This document shows, piece by piece, positions 1 through 10,875 of a stretch of DNA of 64,000 nucleotides. The position numbers and the translations under genes are program-made. The DNA is from Bugula neritina (Eukaryota; Animalia; Bryozoa), in NCBI GenBank assembly GCA_964035545.1, contig OZ037767.1, forward strand, positions 10,612,581 to 10,676,580. The letters are read 5' to 3'. The notes beneath the pieces are model-generated. The model saw only the letters and a program-made list of their open reading frames with translations. It had not been told where the DNA came from and ran no database searches. Position 1 is the first letter of the stretch. Every line of letters begins with the position of its first letter.

Positions 1-279
1 TATAACAGTACATAATGTCCTATACAGGGTATATTATAAAGTCTATTGTAGATTTCATACGGTGTAGATATATAGTATATAGTAGACTATAGTGTATATT
101 GTTGTGTTTTTTAATAGTGTTAAACAAGAGTAAGCAGTAAGATTACACATGTATAAGTAACAGTGACTGCAGAACAGAATGTGTGACTGTATTGTATTAA
201 AGCTATAGCAAGTAACTGCCATTAAAAATACAAGCATATGTAAAAATTGACAGAATAATAAATGACTAGTATTTTTGTA

Positions 280-750
280 TGGCAAAAACTGTATATAATG
301 AATCTAATTAAGTATACATTAGAATAAGAGGTAATATTGTGCTTAAATTGTAGTAGATATCATAATATATCTCTATAATGTTGTGTGTTGACAAGCTAGT
401 TCATAACATATAGCACTCCTCCCTCACAAATTTATGGCTTTTACCAATCTGACTGTTTGCGCTCTCTAGATGGATAGCGCCTTTCAGGAGGATGGACAAT
501 ATTATTATCAGCTTGGTGTGTGTTGAGTACAACTGCTTTCTCTATATTCTTAGACGGGATGCAAATTTGAAGCGAATTAGCATGCCTATTGCAGTTGCCA
601 CTGTCTGTTTGTACTATGTAAATAGCATTTCCTTATTTTCATATGATTGTTCTTGAAATCCACTTAAGACCAGAAATGTGAGTCAATAGTGAACTAACTG
701 TATTGTCTTTTCCGAGAGAAGTATTTTATCTTTCATGAATCTCTGCAGTA
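280..750 (-). mobile_element. Decayed Ty3/Gypsy-type LTR retrotransposon 3' fragment (integrase C-terminus, polypurine tract, start of 3' LTR)
   Basis: Minus-strand translation of ~720-441: ...KWISRTII*K*GNAIYIVQTDSGNCNRHANSLQ...PPERRYPSRERKQSDW*. This resembles the W..G.I....G...Y.V....G...RH.NQL and RRYPxRxR tail of Gypsy integrases and has two internal stops. It is followed by a PPT GAGGGAGGAG (425-416) and then TG at 415, as expected for a 3' LTR start. The left boundary is approximate. Confidence 0.7.
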
Positions 751-759
751 AAGCATGTG

Positions 760-1010
760 ATGTAGTCAGTTGTATATATAATATAGCATATAGTATAGTC
801 AATTATATGTATCTTATAGCATATAGTACAGTATATAGCATGTGGTATAGTCAGTTGTATGTATAGTATAGCATATAGTATAGTATAGCATGTAGTATAG
901 TCAGTTGTATGTATAGTATAGCATATAGTATAGTATATAGCATGTAGTGATATAGTCAGTTGTATGTATAGTATAGCATATAGTATAGTCAGTCATACGT
1001 ATAGTAGATG
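760..1010. repeat. Degenerate tandem repeat (TATAG-rich; recurring AGTCAGTTGTATGTATAGTATAGCATATAGTAT)
   Basis: Several imperfect copies visible in 760-1010. Confidence 0.8.
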
Positions 1011-1083
1011 ATTAATTGGTGACTGCAGTAAATTTACAGTGGAGAGTGACTATACTGAAATCAAGTAAATTATCAGCCCCTGT

Positions 1084-3080
1084 TTATAATACAACACTCA
1101 GATGATCGAAACCTATGATGCCGTTGATACGAAGTAATTTTAAGGAGAGCTCATAGATAACATCAGCATTCAACTTTTCACCATCAACATAAATGAAGTC
1201 AAATGTTTCACTCTCACCTCCTTCTATCAGGGATTCTATAACATAGTGATAACAAAAATAGAAGTTGTAATAGAGTAGGTAATAGTGAAACTGCTGGCAT
1301 GAAAGAATGCTATTTTTCACTTGGCTAGAGTTCATTGACACTTTTGGCAATGTGCCACAATGTACTTAGTTCAAATGTTGTAACTCAACACCAAGCTAGA
1401 TGAACAGGGCTTACACAGTATGGCACCTTAAACAATGTACTCTATGTTATAGCATGACATTGCATAAAGCTAAAAGATGTAATGGCTTTTTCATGTTAGC
1501 TTCAGCGCTCATTTTGTTTATTTATATACAGCTATAACAGCTTTTCTGTGCAAGTTAATATATAAGGTGGTAACACTTCTACTGTTTTCATTGTAAATTA
1601 TTTTATGATCAATACACCTGTTTGAAACACAACACTCTACCTATGAATAACATCATGTGACTGAATGGGTCATATTATGTGATGACAGTATAGACACTGA
1701 TTTAAGGTCGATCACCCAGGAAATTGCAATACCACATTTCTTGTCATGACAAGAAAAGCTTTAAACAACCCAATTTATAATTTTAGCTGATAATTGAATA
1801 AAAGTTATCAATATATCTCCCAACTTTGGTAAACTTGATAATATAGTTTTAACACTAACTTATAGCACTCTAAAAGCACATCACAGTATACTGTAGGAAG
1901 CAAATTATGAATCAATATCAAACAAATTAAACTGACTGGGAAATTTTTAAGGTTATTAGTATCGGCTCAAAACTGAGTCAGCTCTTTGTAAAGATAGCCA
2001 ATAATTCTATTACTTTATAGCATGATGAGTTGTTAGACATGAAATACGGCAAAAGCCTCCCAACTGCTCAGCTAAATGTTATAAACTCAAACTAAGTAGC
2101 AACGAAACACACTGCAGGTAACTTTCTGGCAAAGTTTTACCATAACCAACAGGAACTTGGCCATATGAACAGCAGTACTGAATTCAATGCAAGTGACTCA
2201 CGAAGTGTTTCAACTGCTGGTGCTACCCTCAGATCAATCTTGCGGTCTACACCCGCCTCCTCCCAGAATGGTTTTCCAATATCTGTATACTCAGTTGAGA
2301 TATCACAGGCTACAACTTTACCATCTTCAGGAGTACCCAGTGCCCAGGCTAGACTGCTGTATTCAGTAAACACACCTACCAAAACACAAGTAGATGTAGA
2401 GGCTTGACAATTAGGCATCTATATATACAACTCTGTGATGAATTACTTATGTATTTGCAGTCGATTATAATGAATAGTAGCTCTTAAAGCTGTCTAAATC
2501 TTAAGAAATCCTCTTAAAGTGACAATCAACAGATACAGAATTAATGAGTGTGGGATAAACAAAGCAGAAAGGGTATTGCGTGATATGTACTATAATATAC
2601 TATACAGTATATACTATAAAATATATACTATGTAGACTTTACACACCTTCACACAATGCAAGAAAGTCTATGCTTCTATTATCAATCAAAAATGGGATAA
2701 AAATTAAAGTCTTATTGGCTTTAAATCTCAAAACCTAAAAGAATAAAAGATGGCAAATGCATCTTGGAATCTTACCAACTTCTATACATTTCTTAGCAGC
2801 AGCTAGTTTCAGCATATTAGACAGCACCATAATAGGGTTGGGGTCGCTCATTATAAAGCCACGTGGGTGTGTCTCCATCAACTATAACCAGACAACGTAA
2901 AATAACTTTTCAACAGTTACAGAACACTTTAAAATACGAGTATTTCATGCATTTAGGACATAAAATCAACAATATTTTAAACCTGTCGCAGTTTTTCATC
3001 ACAGGATGAAGCTCTGACATGTGGCTATTAATATAAGTTCTCCTTTGTTGATCGCTTCCATACTCTCTTGGGCGGTTCAT
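1084..3080 (-). pseudogene. Class I cation-dependent O-methyltransferase (COMTD1/caffeoyl-CoA OMT-like, Methyltransf_3), probably inactivated; last exon not found in window
   Basis: Exons 3080-2983, 2881-2776, 2375-2202, 1235-1102. Protein: ...[33 protein letters not shown]...FWEEAGVDRKIDLRVAPAVETLQSLIEGGESETFDFIYVDGEK...GIIGFDH. Lesions: exon 1 ends in phase 2 but exon 2 starts in phase 0 (A-run at 2992-2996 is one base short of MKKLRQ); SAM motif GxFTGYS reads GVFTEYS; the expected donor after DH reads CTGAGT at 1101 rather than GTGAGT, giving a read-through stop at 1084. Family call is strong; pseudogene status is less certain. Confidence 0.75.
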
Positions 3081-3419
3081 GCTAACTCTTGCCTTTTAGT
3101 CTACTATATAGAAATACTGAGTAAATTATCAGAGTTAGTGGAGCTTTAGAATTTTTTGAATGATAAAACAAGGTTGTCTGGTTACGTGTACATATGTTCA
3201 TTCGGCCCAGACTGCAAGTCTGCTTTACAGTTTACCTTTAATTAACTTAGGTGTCGATACACCCAGAAGTGATGTGTCCATTTGAGCAGATACTCATACA
3301 ATTACAGTAATACACTCATAAAAGTACTGCTTTTCCTATAAACTTACTGATCTGTTGTTATACATATAGCTACTCTCACTTTACCTATCTCGCTCTGTCC
3401 TGTTCAAGTAGCAGAAGTT

Positions 3420-4170
3420 GAATATTTATAGCAATAGTTGGTACTTTAAGTTATAATCACTATAATTATGCTCATAATGGTAAAGCGCCATGAGCAAAAT
3501 ATCAATATGTAACAATTACCCTAACTATTTGGAGAGCATTGTAATTGAAAATTAAATGTAGTTGCTAATGTTGTTATAAAACGGAAAGTAAAACTATTTA
3601 TTACTAATAGTTATTTGTATTTATATACAGTAATAATAATGAATATATCAATAATACTGGAAATATAAATATAAGTTATTTGCAAATACTTTAACTTACT
3701 CTAAGTCTAAGGGTGTGTATAATATCACTATCGCTGATAGTATTAATATTATTACCAATATGAATATGAATATACAATGTTACTTCTAGTACCTAATAGT
3801 ATAACTTAAACTATAACTAGTATTAGTAATACTACAAGTATTACTATATATATAACATTAATTATAAGTTGATTATAAGTTAAAATATCAGTATCAGTAT
3901 GAGCTAAAATAATATCAAGGCAGTTACTATAAGAGTAACACTTATACTAATACTAAATCTAATAGTAAAACTAATAGTAATAGTGACTATTAGTTTTAGT
4001 ATTAGACTTAGTATTAGTATATTGCTAATACACTGATAATCCATTAATATTATTATACTAGCGTGATACTAATGGTAATGCTAATAAAGTGATATTCATA
4101 TTAATTGTAATATAGGCTACTAATTGATAACTTCAATTTTAAATCAACTGACACTGATAACCATACTTGG
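3420..4170. other. A-N-T triplet/hexamer periodic low-complexity tract at the 5' end of the OMT gene
   Basis: For example ACTAATAGTAATAGTGACTATTAGTTTTAGTATTAGACTTAGTATTAGTAT. Lies between a 5'UTR acceptor (~3104) and a candidate minus-strand donor CTG|GTGAGT (~4216). Confidence 0.65.
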
Positions 4171-5052
4171 AATTAGGCTAACCGAGCTTGTTTAAATATT
4201 TCCAGTGAGCTACTCACCAGTAAGAGTATCACAATGGGTGTGAAACGTGGTACTAAGCGCGAATATCACAGTACATATTTCTGCAATCTATTTTATATGA
4301 ACTTATAAATACAGCTGGTGCAGGTGTACTTTTAGTCTGTTTAGTATCTCAGGCGTAAAACGTTCAAGCCAATAATAAGGCAATAGGCCATAATACAGTA
4401 CTGTTATTGGATAGTCCATAATATTAGTTACGCAAAGTATAGTTGCACTGGCTACAGGTTGATACAAAAGCAATTAGCCTTATATAGTGTAATAAAACTC
4501 TATAAGAAGGTGTAAAAACTATCAATTCTTGCTTTAAGGAGTTTCTTCCATGTAACTGGAAATTGCTAAACACAAGATAGTTAAGGGCATCCCCATGACT
4601 CAGTGTGATTTATTCAGAGTGGCGACTTTAGGGAATATCATAGGGGCATCATTATGCCGAGTTCTGTTTATACAAGTTAGAAAGGAAGAATTTTGCCATT
4701 TTTATTATTTTATTATTTTTTATTTTATGTGTACATCTTTTTAGTTTTGTTGATTTGTTTTTAAAAAAAATTTGATGCATATAAAATTAAAAACAATTTT
4801 AAAATGCACTCATGCACTTAAATACAAAGCTGTAGAGTTTAAGTTTTGCTGTGATAACAAGATGAATATGATTAATGGAATTTAATGATTGCAATAAGCA
4901 TTCTACACAAAATACACTACAATTGCTGTAAATGTAAGACTAGTAAATTGGATGCAAATAGGCATAGTACTACTATTTAATTTATGTTATTTTTAAAATT
5001 TTGAGTAAATAATTGACATGTATAATATATGCAAATAATATATATGCATGTG

Positions 5053-5058
<6 letters not shown>

Positions 5059-5113
<55 letters not shown>
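5059..5113. repeat. (TA)n microsatellite
   Basis: Direct read. Further (TA)n runs at ~5636-5671, ~39480-39510 and ~43178-43242. Confidence 0.95.
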
Positions 5114-5116
<3 letters not shown>

Positions 5117-5631
5117 TATAACATATATAGATATTTATATGCATATATATACATCACATATACTTCGTGTGGCCCTACGCTTAATCCTTTAAAACTTTTG
5201 AATGGGTTAAATTAAATCTACAATAAGCGATTAAAATAAACCAGCAAATAAGTTCTTTAAATTTTAGTACCAGATCAACTCTACCCAATGGGAGCCCGCC
5301 AGGATTTTTTGAATCAAGCACTGCTTGATCAACGCCACAGCGTATGCCGGGGTACGATTCAGCCTGGATGTTACCAAAGATGGCGGACTTTTGCTGTTAC
5401 TGCGTACGGTACGGCAATGTGTGAACAGGGGGTTAGAGTGTAGTTAGAGTGTCTTAGAGCTTAGTTATAGATTAGTAATTATGTAACTCTTTTTTTCTTG
5501 TGTGGTTTTTCTTACTCTTATATTATTCGTATGCAATAGACGCTATCTATACTCGCTATTCCTGGATTATTGATCTACAACGCACCTAGTATCAATTACC
5601 CACACATTGTGAACCCTATAATTCACAACAA

Positions 5632-5677
<46 letters not shown>

Positions 5678-6264
5678 CACAACATATTGTAGAAATAGAG
5701 CCTAGTTATATACACTTCAAGGATAATATTATAAGTTATTTCTCAGAAACAACTTATTTTAATTGTGCAAAAAAATGAAACTTACAGAAGGAAAACTATG
5801 AGTAATTATAAAAACAAAACATGAATAATCAATAAATTCAAATAAATTAATTACTACATACTTTTGCCGCAAACCAAATCTGTCATGAATAAACATGAGT
5901 ATGGGCATTTATAAAGACTTTGTGGTATTAGTTACAAAGCAAACGTTTGGTAAAAGTCTACTAAACTAGCAATTAACAGCAATTGCTAAATTGTAAGGTA
6001 GTACTGTCATGCTATAGCAGACATGGATTACACACAAATCTAAATTATTACCATCAACTCACCACACATGTGAATAAATATGTTTAACCAGTTTATAAAT
6101 GTGCAACAGATTACTACACAATAAAAATAACTATTGAGCCAGTGGTACTTGAGCTGCACCATTTTGGTTCAAAGTTGTCTTCTTTTTCTATCTTGTATTC
6201 TGAAGATCTTTTAGCTCCCGTTTTATAATTCAAGAAGGCATGTGACGGTACCAATAAGTGTATA

Positions 6265-9200
6265 TTATTCATGAGTTTTTGGTAGATCACTTGATTGTTT
6301 TGTGCATGAAGGAGAGCGATTATTAATAGCAGTAAAAGATGTCTTCTCTATGGATTTATTGAAAGATGCTGTTGGTTCTCTTGAACTTCTAAAATGCAGA
6401 GCAGCTTTTGGTATGCAATTTTAGGATAAATTTTACTCACTGTTATATTTTTAAGGTAAAACTTAGTGATTGAAGATTAATTAAAGGAAAAGTAGACATA
6501 CAAACTACACCATGAAAAGCGAAGACATAGCAAAAATGCATAAACAAAATATGTATTGTGTAAAAAGTAAAGTATTTTAAAACACCAATTAATACACAGC
6601 ACCCATCAGGTTTTTCACAAGCATTTAAAATTGTGTTGAATGATGAGTTTAAATAGATCAACTCTGGATATTTTCTTTTTGATTGTTTTTTAACAGCAAT
6701 ACGTTGGCTTTTTGCTTCAAATTCTAACTCAGTATTGGCACAACACCATTATATGTGACCCGCCATCACAAAACCAGGAACGTTGGTGAATTTATGATAT
6801 TATATGTATATTATGCAAGTGTGTACTGTGTTATACGTCTGTATATTATACAGACGTATAACACAGTACACACTTGCATAATATACATATAATATCATTA
6901 ATTTTAAAGCGAATTTTAAATACCATCAAGTTTGATATTAAATAAATCTCGTTAATTTAAGTAATTCACAAACCTATATTTACATGTGCAGACAACTTTC
7001 TTGATTTCTTTATTTCTGGCAGCGTATATAAAGACATCAGCTAAAGGGCTGAGACTAGCAGCTATCACAAATATGTTGGCCCACAACTCTCCTATATTCT
7101 GAATTTTGCCAGATGTCTGGGAGAGAAGAAGCACTACTTGTGGGAAGTAAAGCAACATGAAGGATGCGAGGAGAAGCAGGGTAGTCCCTATTCCTTTCAG
7201 ATTTTGGTAGGTTTCTCTGTATGTGAAACAATTACATATATACTAACTCAGTTAAAAATAAAGGCAAGTTGCTTACAGATTCACTGTCTTTCCATTATAA
7301 TCAATCTCAGATCGATCGCAGCCAGTTCAATTTGTGAAAAAATATTGCCAAAGATGGATCTTGGTCGATCTGAGCTGGTCGGTCAATTCAGCTTGAACTC
7401 AGATCGATCTCAAATCAGTAAGACCATGAGTCCTTTTTACAAGTGTGATTTCCCAATGTGACACTATCTCTCATTTTTCAGATACTCTTACGAAAATTAA
7501 TATAGCTTTTATATTTCACAATTTAAATATGATTTTTATCAAGTTTCATCATGCCCCTCATCTCCTATTGTCTACCTATTATTTTTACTTGTATCTATGC
7601 CAGTGATAAAATGGTGATCAGAAAGATGTTCAAAGACTGCTCAAAACTTGGGATTGAGTATCTAAACATTGATTTGTACATTCAGAAATTTACTAAAGTA
7701 CTTGCCATCAAATATATAGTAGACGATGACCATTTTATCAATAACTTTCTAAGTCAATAGTCAATACCCCTCTAAAAGACATATAATCATCAGATATAAA
7801 GTAGCATGGGGTAGAGATAGCTTCTTGCTACATTTTGTAAATACTTTAAATGAGCTTCTATTTTAAATAATCGAACAGAGTTTTGACTTTCAACTTTTTT
7901 TTCTTTTTTCATTTTTGTTCATGCCTACTTATATTATAGCCAGTGCTTACATTTAATTTTGCAACATGTTGTCATGTCTGTGATATGCAATAAGTCAATC
8001 AATCGGAACATATAATATTATGCATTGAAAGCATTATTGACACAAGCAGTTAAATTTCAAATTTCTCAATTTATAAGTTTTCTGTTTTTTCACCAAGCGC
8101 TTTTTATGGGCAAACACCCACACACACGCACGTGCCCACACGCACGAACAAGCACACACATACGTATAAAGCAATGTACTTTATCATGATTGCACTACAA
8201 TTTACTCACCTGTATCTCCTATTTTGCAGTTTTCTCCTCCTATTTACTGAGATAACAACCCCAGCAATATAAACGTATGAACAAAACATGATGAGAAATG
8301 CTAATATGTTGATAGAAACTCCAATACTGAACACAATGACTTTATTTCTGTGGTATATCGAGCCATCGGCATCAGTTTGAGAATACTCAGCATCTTTGTA
8401 GAGCACCCTCTTAGAACAATACGGCGTCGTGAATGATGGCGTCTGTTGGTCCACACCAGCCACCACCGCGGTTTCTATCAGCATGTCATACACATAGCCT
8501 AAGATTATAGCGACCTACAGGTAAAAAAGCTATTGAAGATGTTTGAGTGATCACAACAACTTCGAGAGAGAAAAAGGCAATGAAACACATGCACGTTATT
8601 TGAACCTTTAGTGCTGAATAAATACATTTTTTTGCTGTGTGATGAAGCAGCAATGAGTGCAAAGTGTGTATAGCAATTAATACTAAACTATGTCATGGTT
8701 AAAAACTTGCTATTCTAATGAGTCATAAGACTAGTGTTTTACTTTTACAAGTTGTCCTCTCATGGAAGGGATTTGCACAAAGCAAACTATGGCTAAATTA
8801 TTAAAACTACATCTTTGGTAAACGAAAGCAGCAAAAAGTACAAATTCTCACCACCCAAGAAATCACACAGGATAGTGTTGCCCATTTCTTAGAAATGACA
8901 GTAGCATGTTGGAGGGACCAACGAACAGCCACCAGGTGATCTATGGCCAGGAGAGCAAACGCAAACAAGCTAGCATTCGTACTTATATCCCACAATCTAT
9001 AAATTATATAATATATTTAGTTGATAAGTATTTATAAGTAATGATTAATTTTCATAGAACATCTGATCAGCAATGTAGGTTTGGTCTTCTAAAGCACAAT
9101 GGTCACATGACAATAGGCCATCTTAGTATGCGTGCTTACAGAGAGAGTGTCCAGTGAACAGAATTATTTTAAACAAACAAATTTCTCCATTTGTTTCATC

Positions 9201-10875
9201 CAAAAAAAATTGAAAGTTTCTAAAAATCTAAAAATTTAAATTGAGAATATGATTGCTTAAATTTCCAATTTCTGCGATAAATTAATTTTTTTATGTCATT
9301 TATGAGCTTTTTCAAATCTTGTTGTCAGCATGGCTTGGAGGCAGCACCAGAGCAGTCACATCTAGAGTTTTTTTTTTGCAATGACCTGTGACCCTGCTGA
9401 GGTATGATTTATCAGTTCAACACAAGAATGTGATGCTAGACAAGCATCTCTAACCATCTCTAACTTCTGTGACTACTCTTCAAATTATCAGGAAATAGTG
9501 GCACATCTATGAATATTGGAAATGCTTAAAATAATAAACATTGTAGACATCTTTATGAGACACCTCCAGGAATATTAAAAATATATCTAGATCTCTATGA
9601 ATATCAAAATTGTCGAAGTGCATCTATCATCATACCTTATCAAGTACCACCAAGTAACACTAATGACCACCAAGTAACACTTTAACATTAAAAACTCATA
9701 TGTATATCTTATACAAGTATATACTGAGTCTCAGATTGTTTCAATATACTCACATATCTGCAAAGTGGTTGACACAAGTGAACCGCCGATGGAGTCCCAA
9801 CTGCTGTGGAGTTGGAATAGAGCCAAGAGCTAGCATGTCAAGAAACTGTTCTATCAACTGCGTCTGCACTATGTGAGCTATTGGACTCAGGATAGATGCT
9901 ATGCATATGAATATGTCACAGATGATCACGTTGACTATCAGAATCAGGTGCTTTGTCCATTTACCTTTGAATCTAGTGTATATAAAGCATGTAATAGTAG
10001 TTTATAACGTTATTAAATAAATATTATTAACTGATAAGTCATATAATAATATAGGCCTATTATTATATTATTTTTGATCTATTCCTTAATAGCAATTTTA
10101 GCAAAAAGCAGCTTTAAGAAAGTTAAGAGACCCAGCAAAGCTGTTATATTTTGCAAACACCTCCCTATAAAGTATAATATGCATACAACATACCATATGG
10201 TGTCAAGTAAAGACTGCAAATACTACATGATTTACAGTGTTAAGTAAATACTATGTATACTATATACAGTAAAGTATATTCTGGATATACTACATACTAT
10301 ATAGTATCATGTAAATATTATATACTGTAGATTAGCTACTGCATATACCATATACAGTAAAGTAAGTTCTGGATATAATACATACTATATAATGTAGTAC
10401 CACGTATATATACTGTATACTATAATATACTGTAGAGTAGCTACTGTATATACTATATACAGTAAAATAATTTCTGTATATACTACATACTATATATAGT
10501 ACCACGTATATATACTGTATACTGTATACTAAAATATACTGTAGAGTAGCTACTGTATATACTATATACAGTAGAGTAATTGCTGTATATACATCATACT
10601 ATATAGTATAAAGTATATACTGTATATACTTTTTAATACACTTGCTATTAAAATGTTTGCCTTATAAGGAAGAGCAAAAGAACTGTTGTGGAGAGAATGA
10701 GGCTGACAGACCCCACACCTATCATCACGGACTTCAACGCTATGTCCACAGACAGGGGTAATGGTGTAGGGGCAGCATCTGCATTTACATCTGAGGTGGT
10801 TTCACCAACAGCACTGAGTGAGTTGTTCAGAGAGTAGGTGGATGAGTCATTCCAAATTGTTATGTTTCTATTCAT
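6265..10875 (-). CDS. Orphan rhodopsin-like (class A) G-protein-coupled receptor, 6 coding exons
   Basis: Exons 10875-10661, 9972-9754, 8996-8852, 8514-8210, 7216-6974 and 6388-6265 join in phase. N-terminal N-glycosylation sequons and seven hydrophobic segments. TM2 NVIICDI, Cys before TM3, SLFAFALLAIDHLVAVRWSL (DRY position), TM4 Trp, ECL2 Cys, TM5 SYVYI, TM6 FMLLYFP, TM7 ADVFIYAARNKEIKK, Ser/Thr-rich tail. The terminal exon is less certain than the 7TM core. Confidence 0.88.
6794..6898. repeat. Perfect palindrome: 52-bp arms with 1-nt spacer
   Basis: 6794-6845 is the exact reverse complement of 6847-6898 (checked base by base). Lies in the last GPCR intron. Confidence 0.95.
10230..10630. 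repeat. Degenerate intronic tandem repeat (TATACT/ACTGTA-rich)
   Basis: Recurrent blocks such as ATATACTGTAGAGTAGCTACTGTATATACTATATACAGTA in GPCR intron 1. Confidence 0.8.

Noticed and set aside
5280-5436. GC-rich patch with YY1-like AAGATGGCGG
   Set aside because: Ends in GTGTGAACAGGGGGTTA, resembling a single Harbinger-type TIR; more likely a transposon fragment, with no partner end found.
6443-6750. Possible extra GPCR tail exon (WCCANTELEFEAK...)
   Set aside because: No in-phase AG acceptor; exon 5 joins cleanly to 6388.
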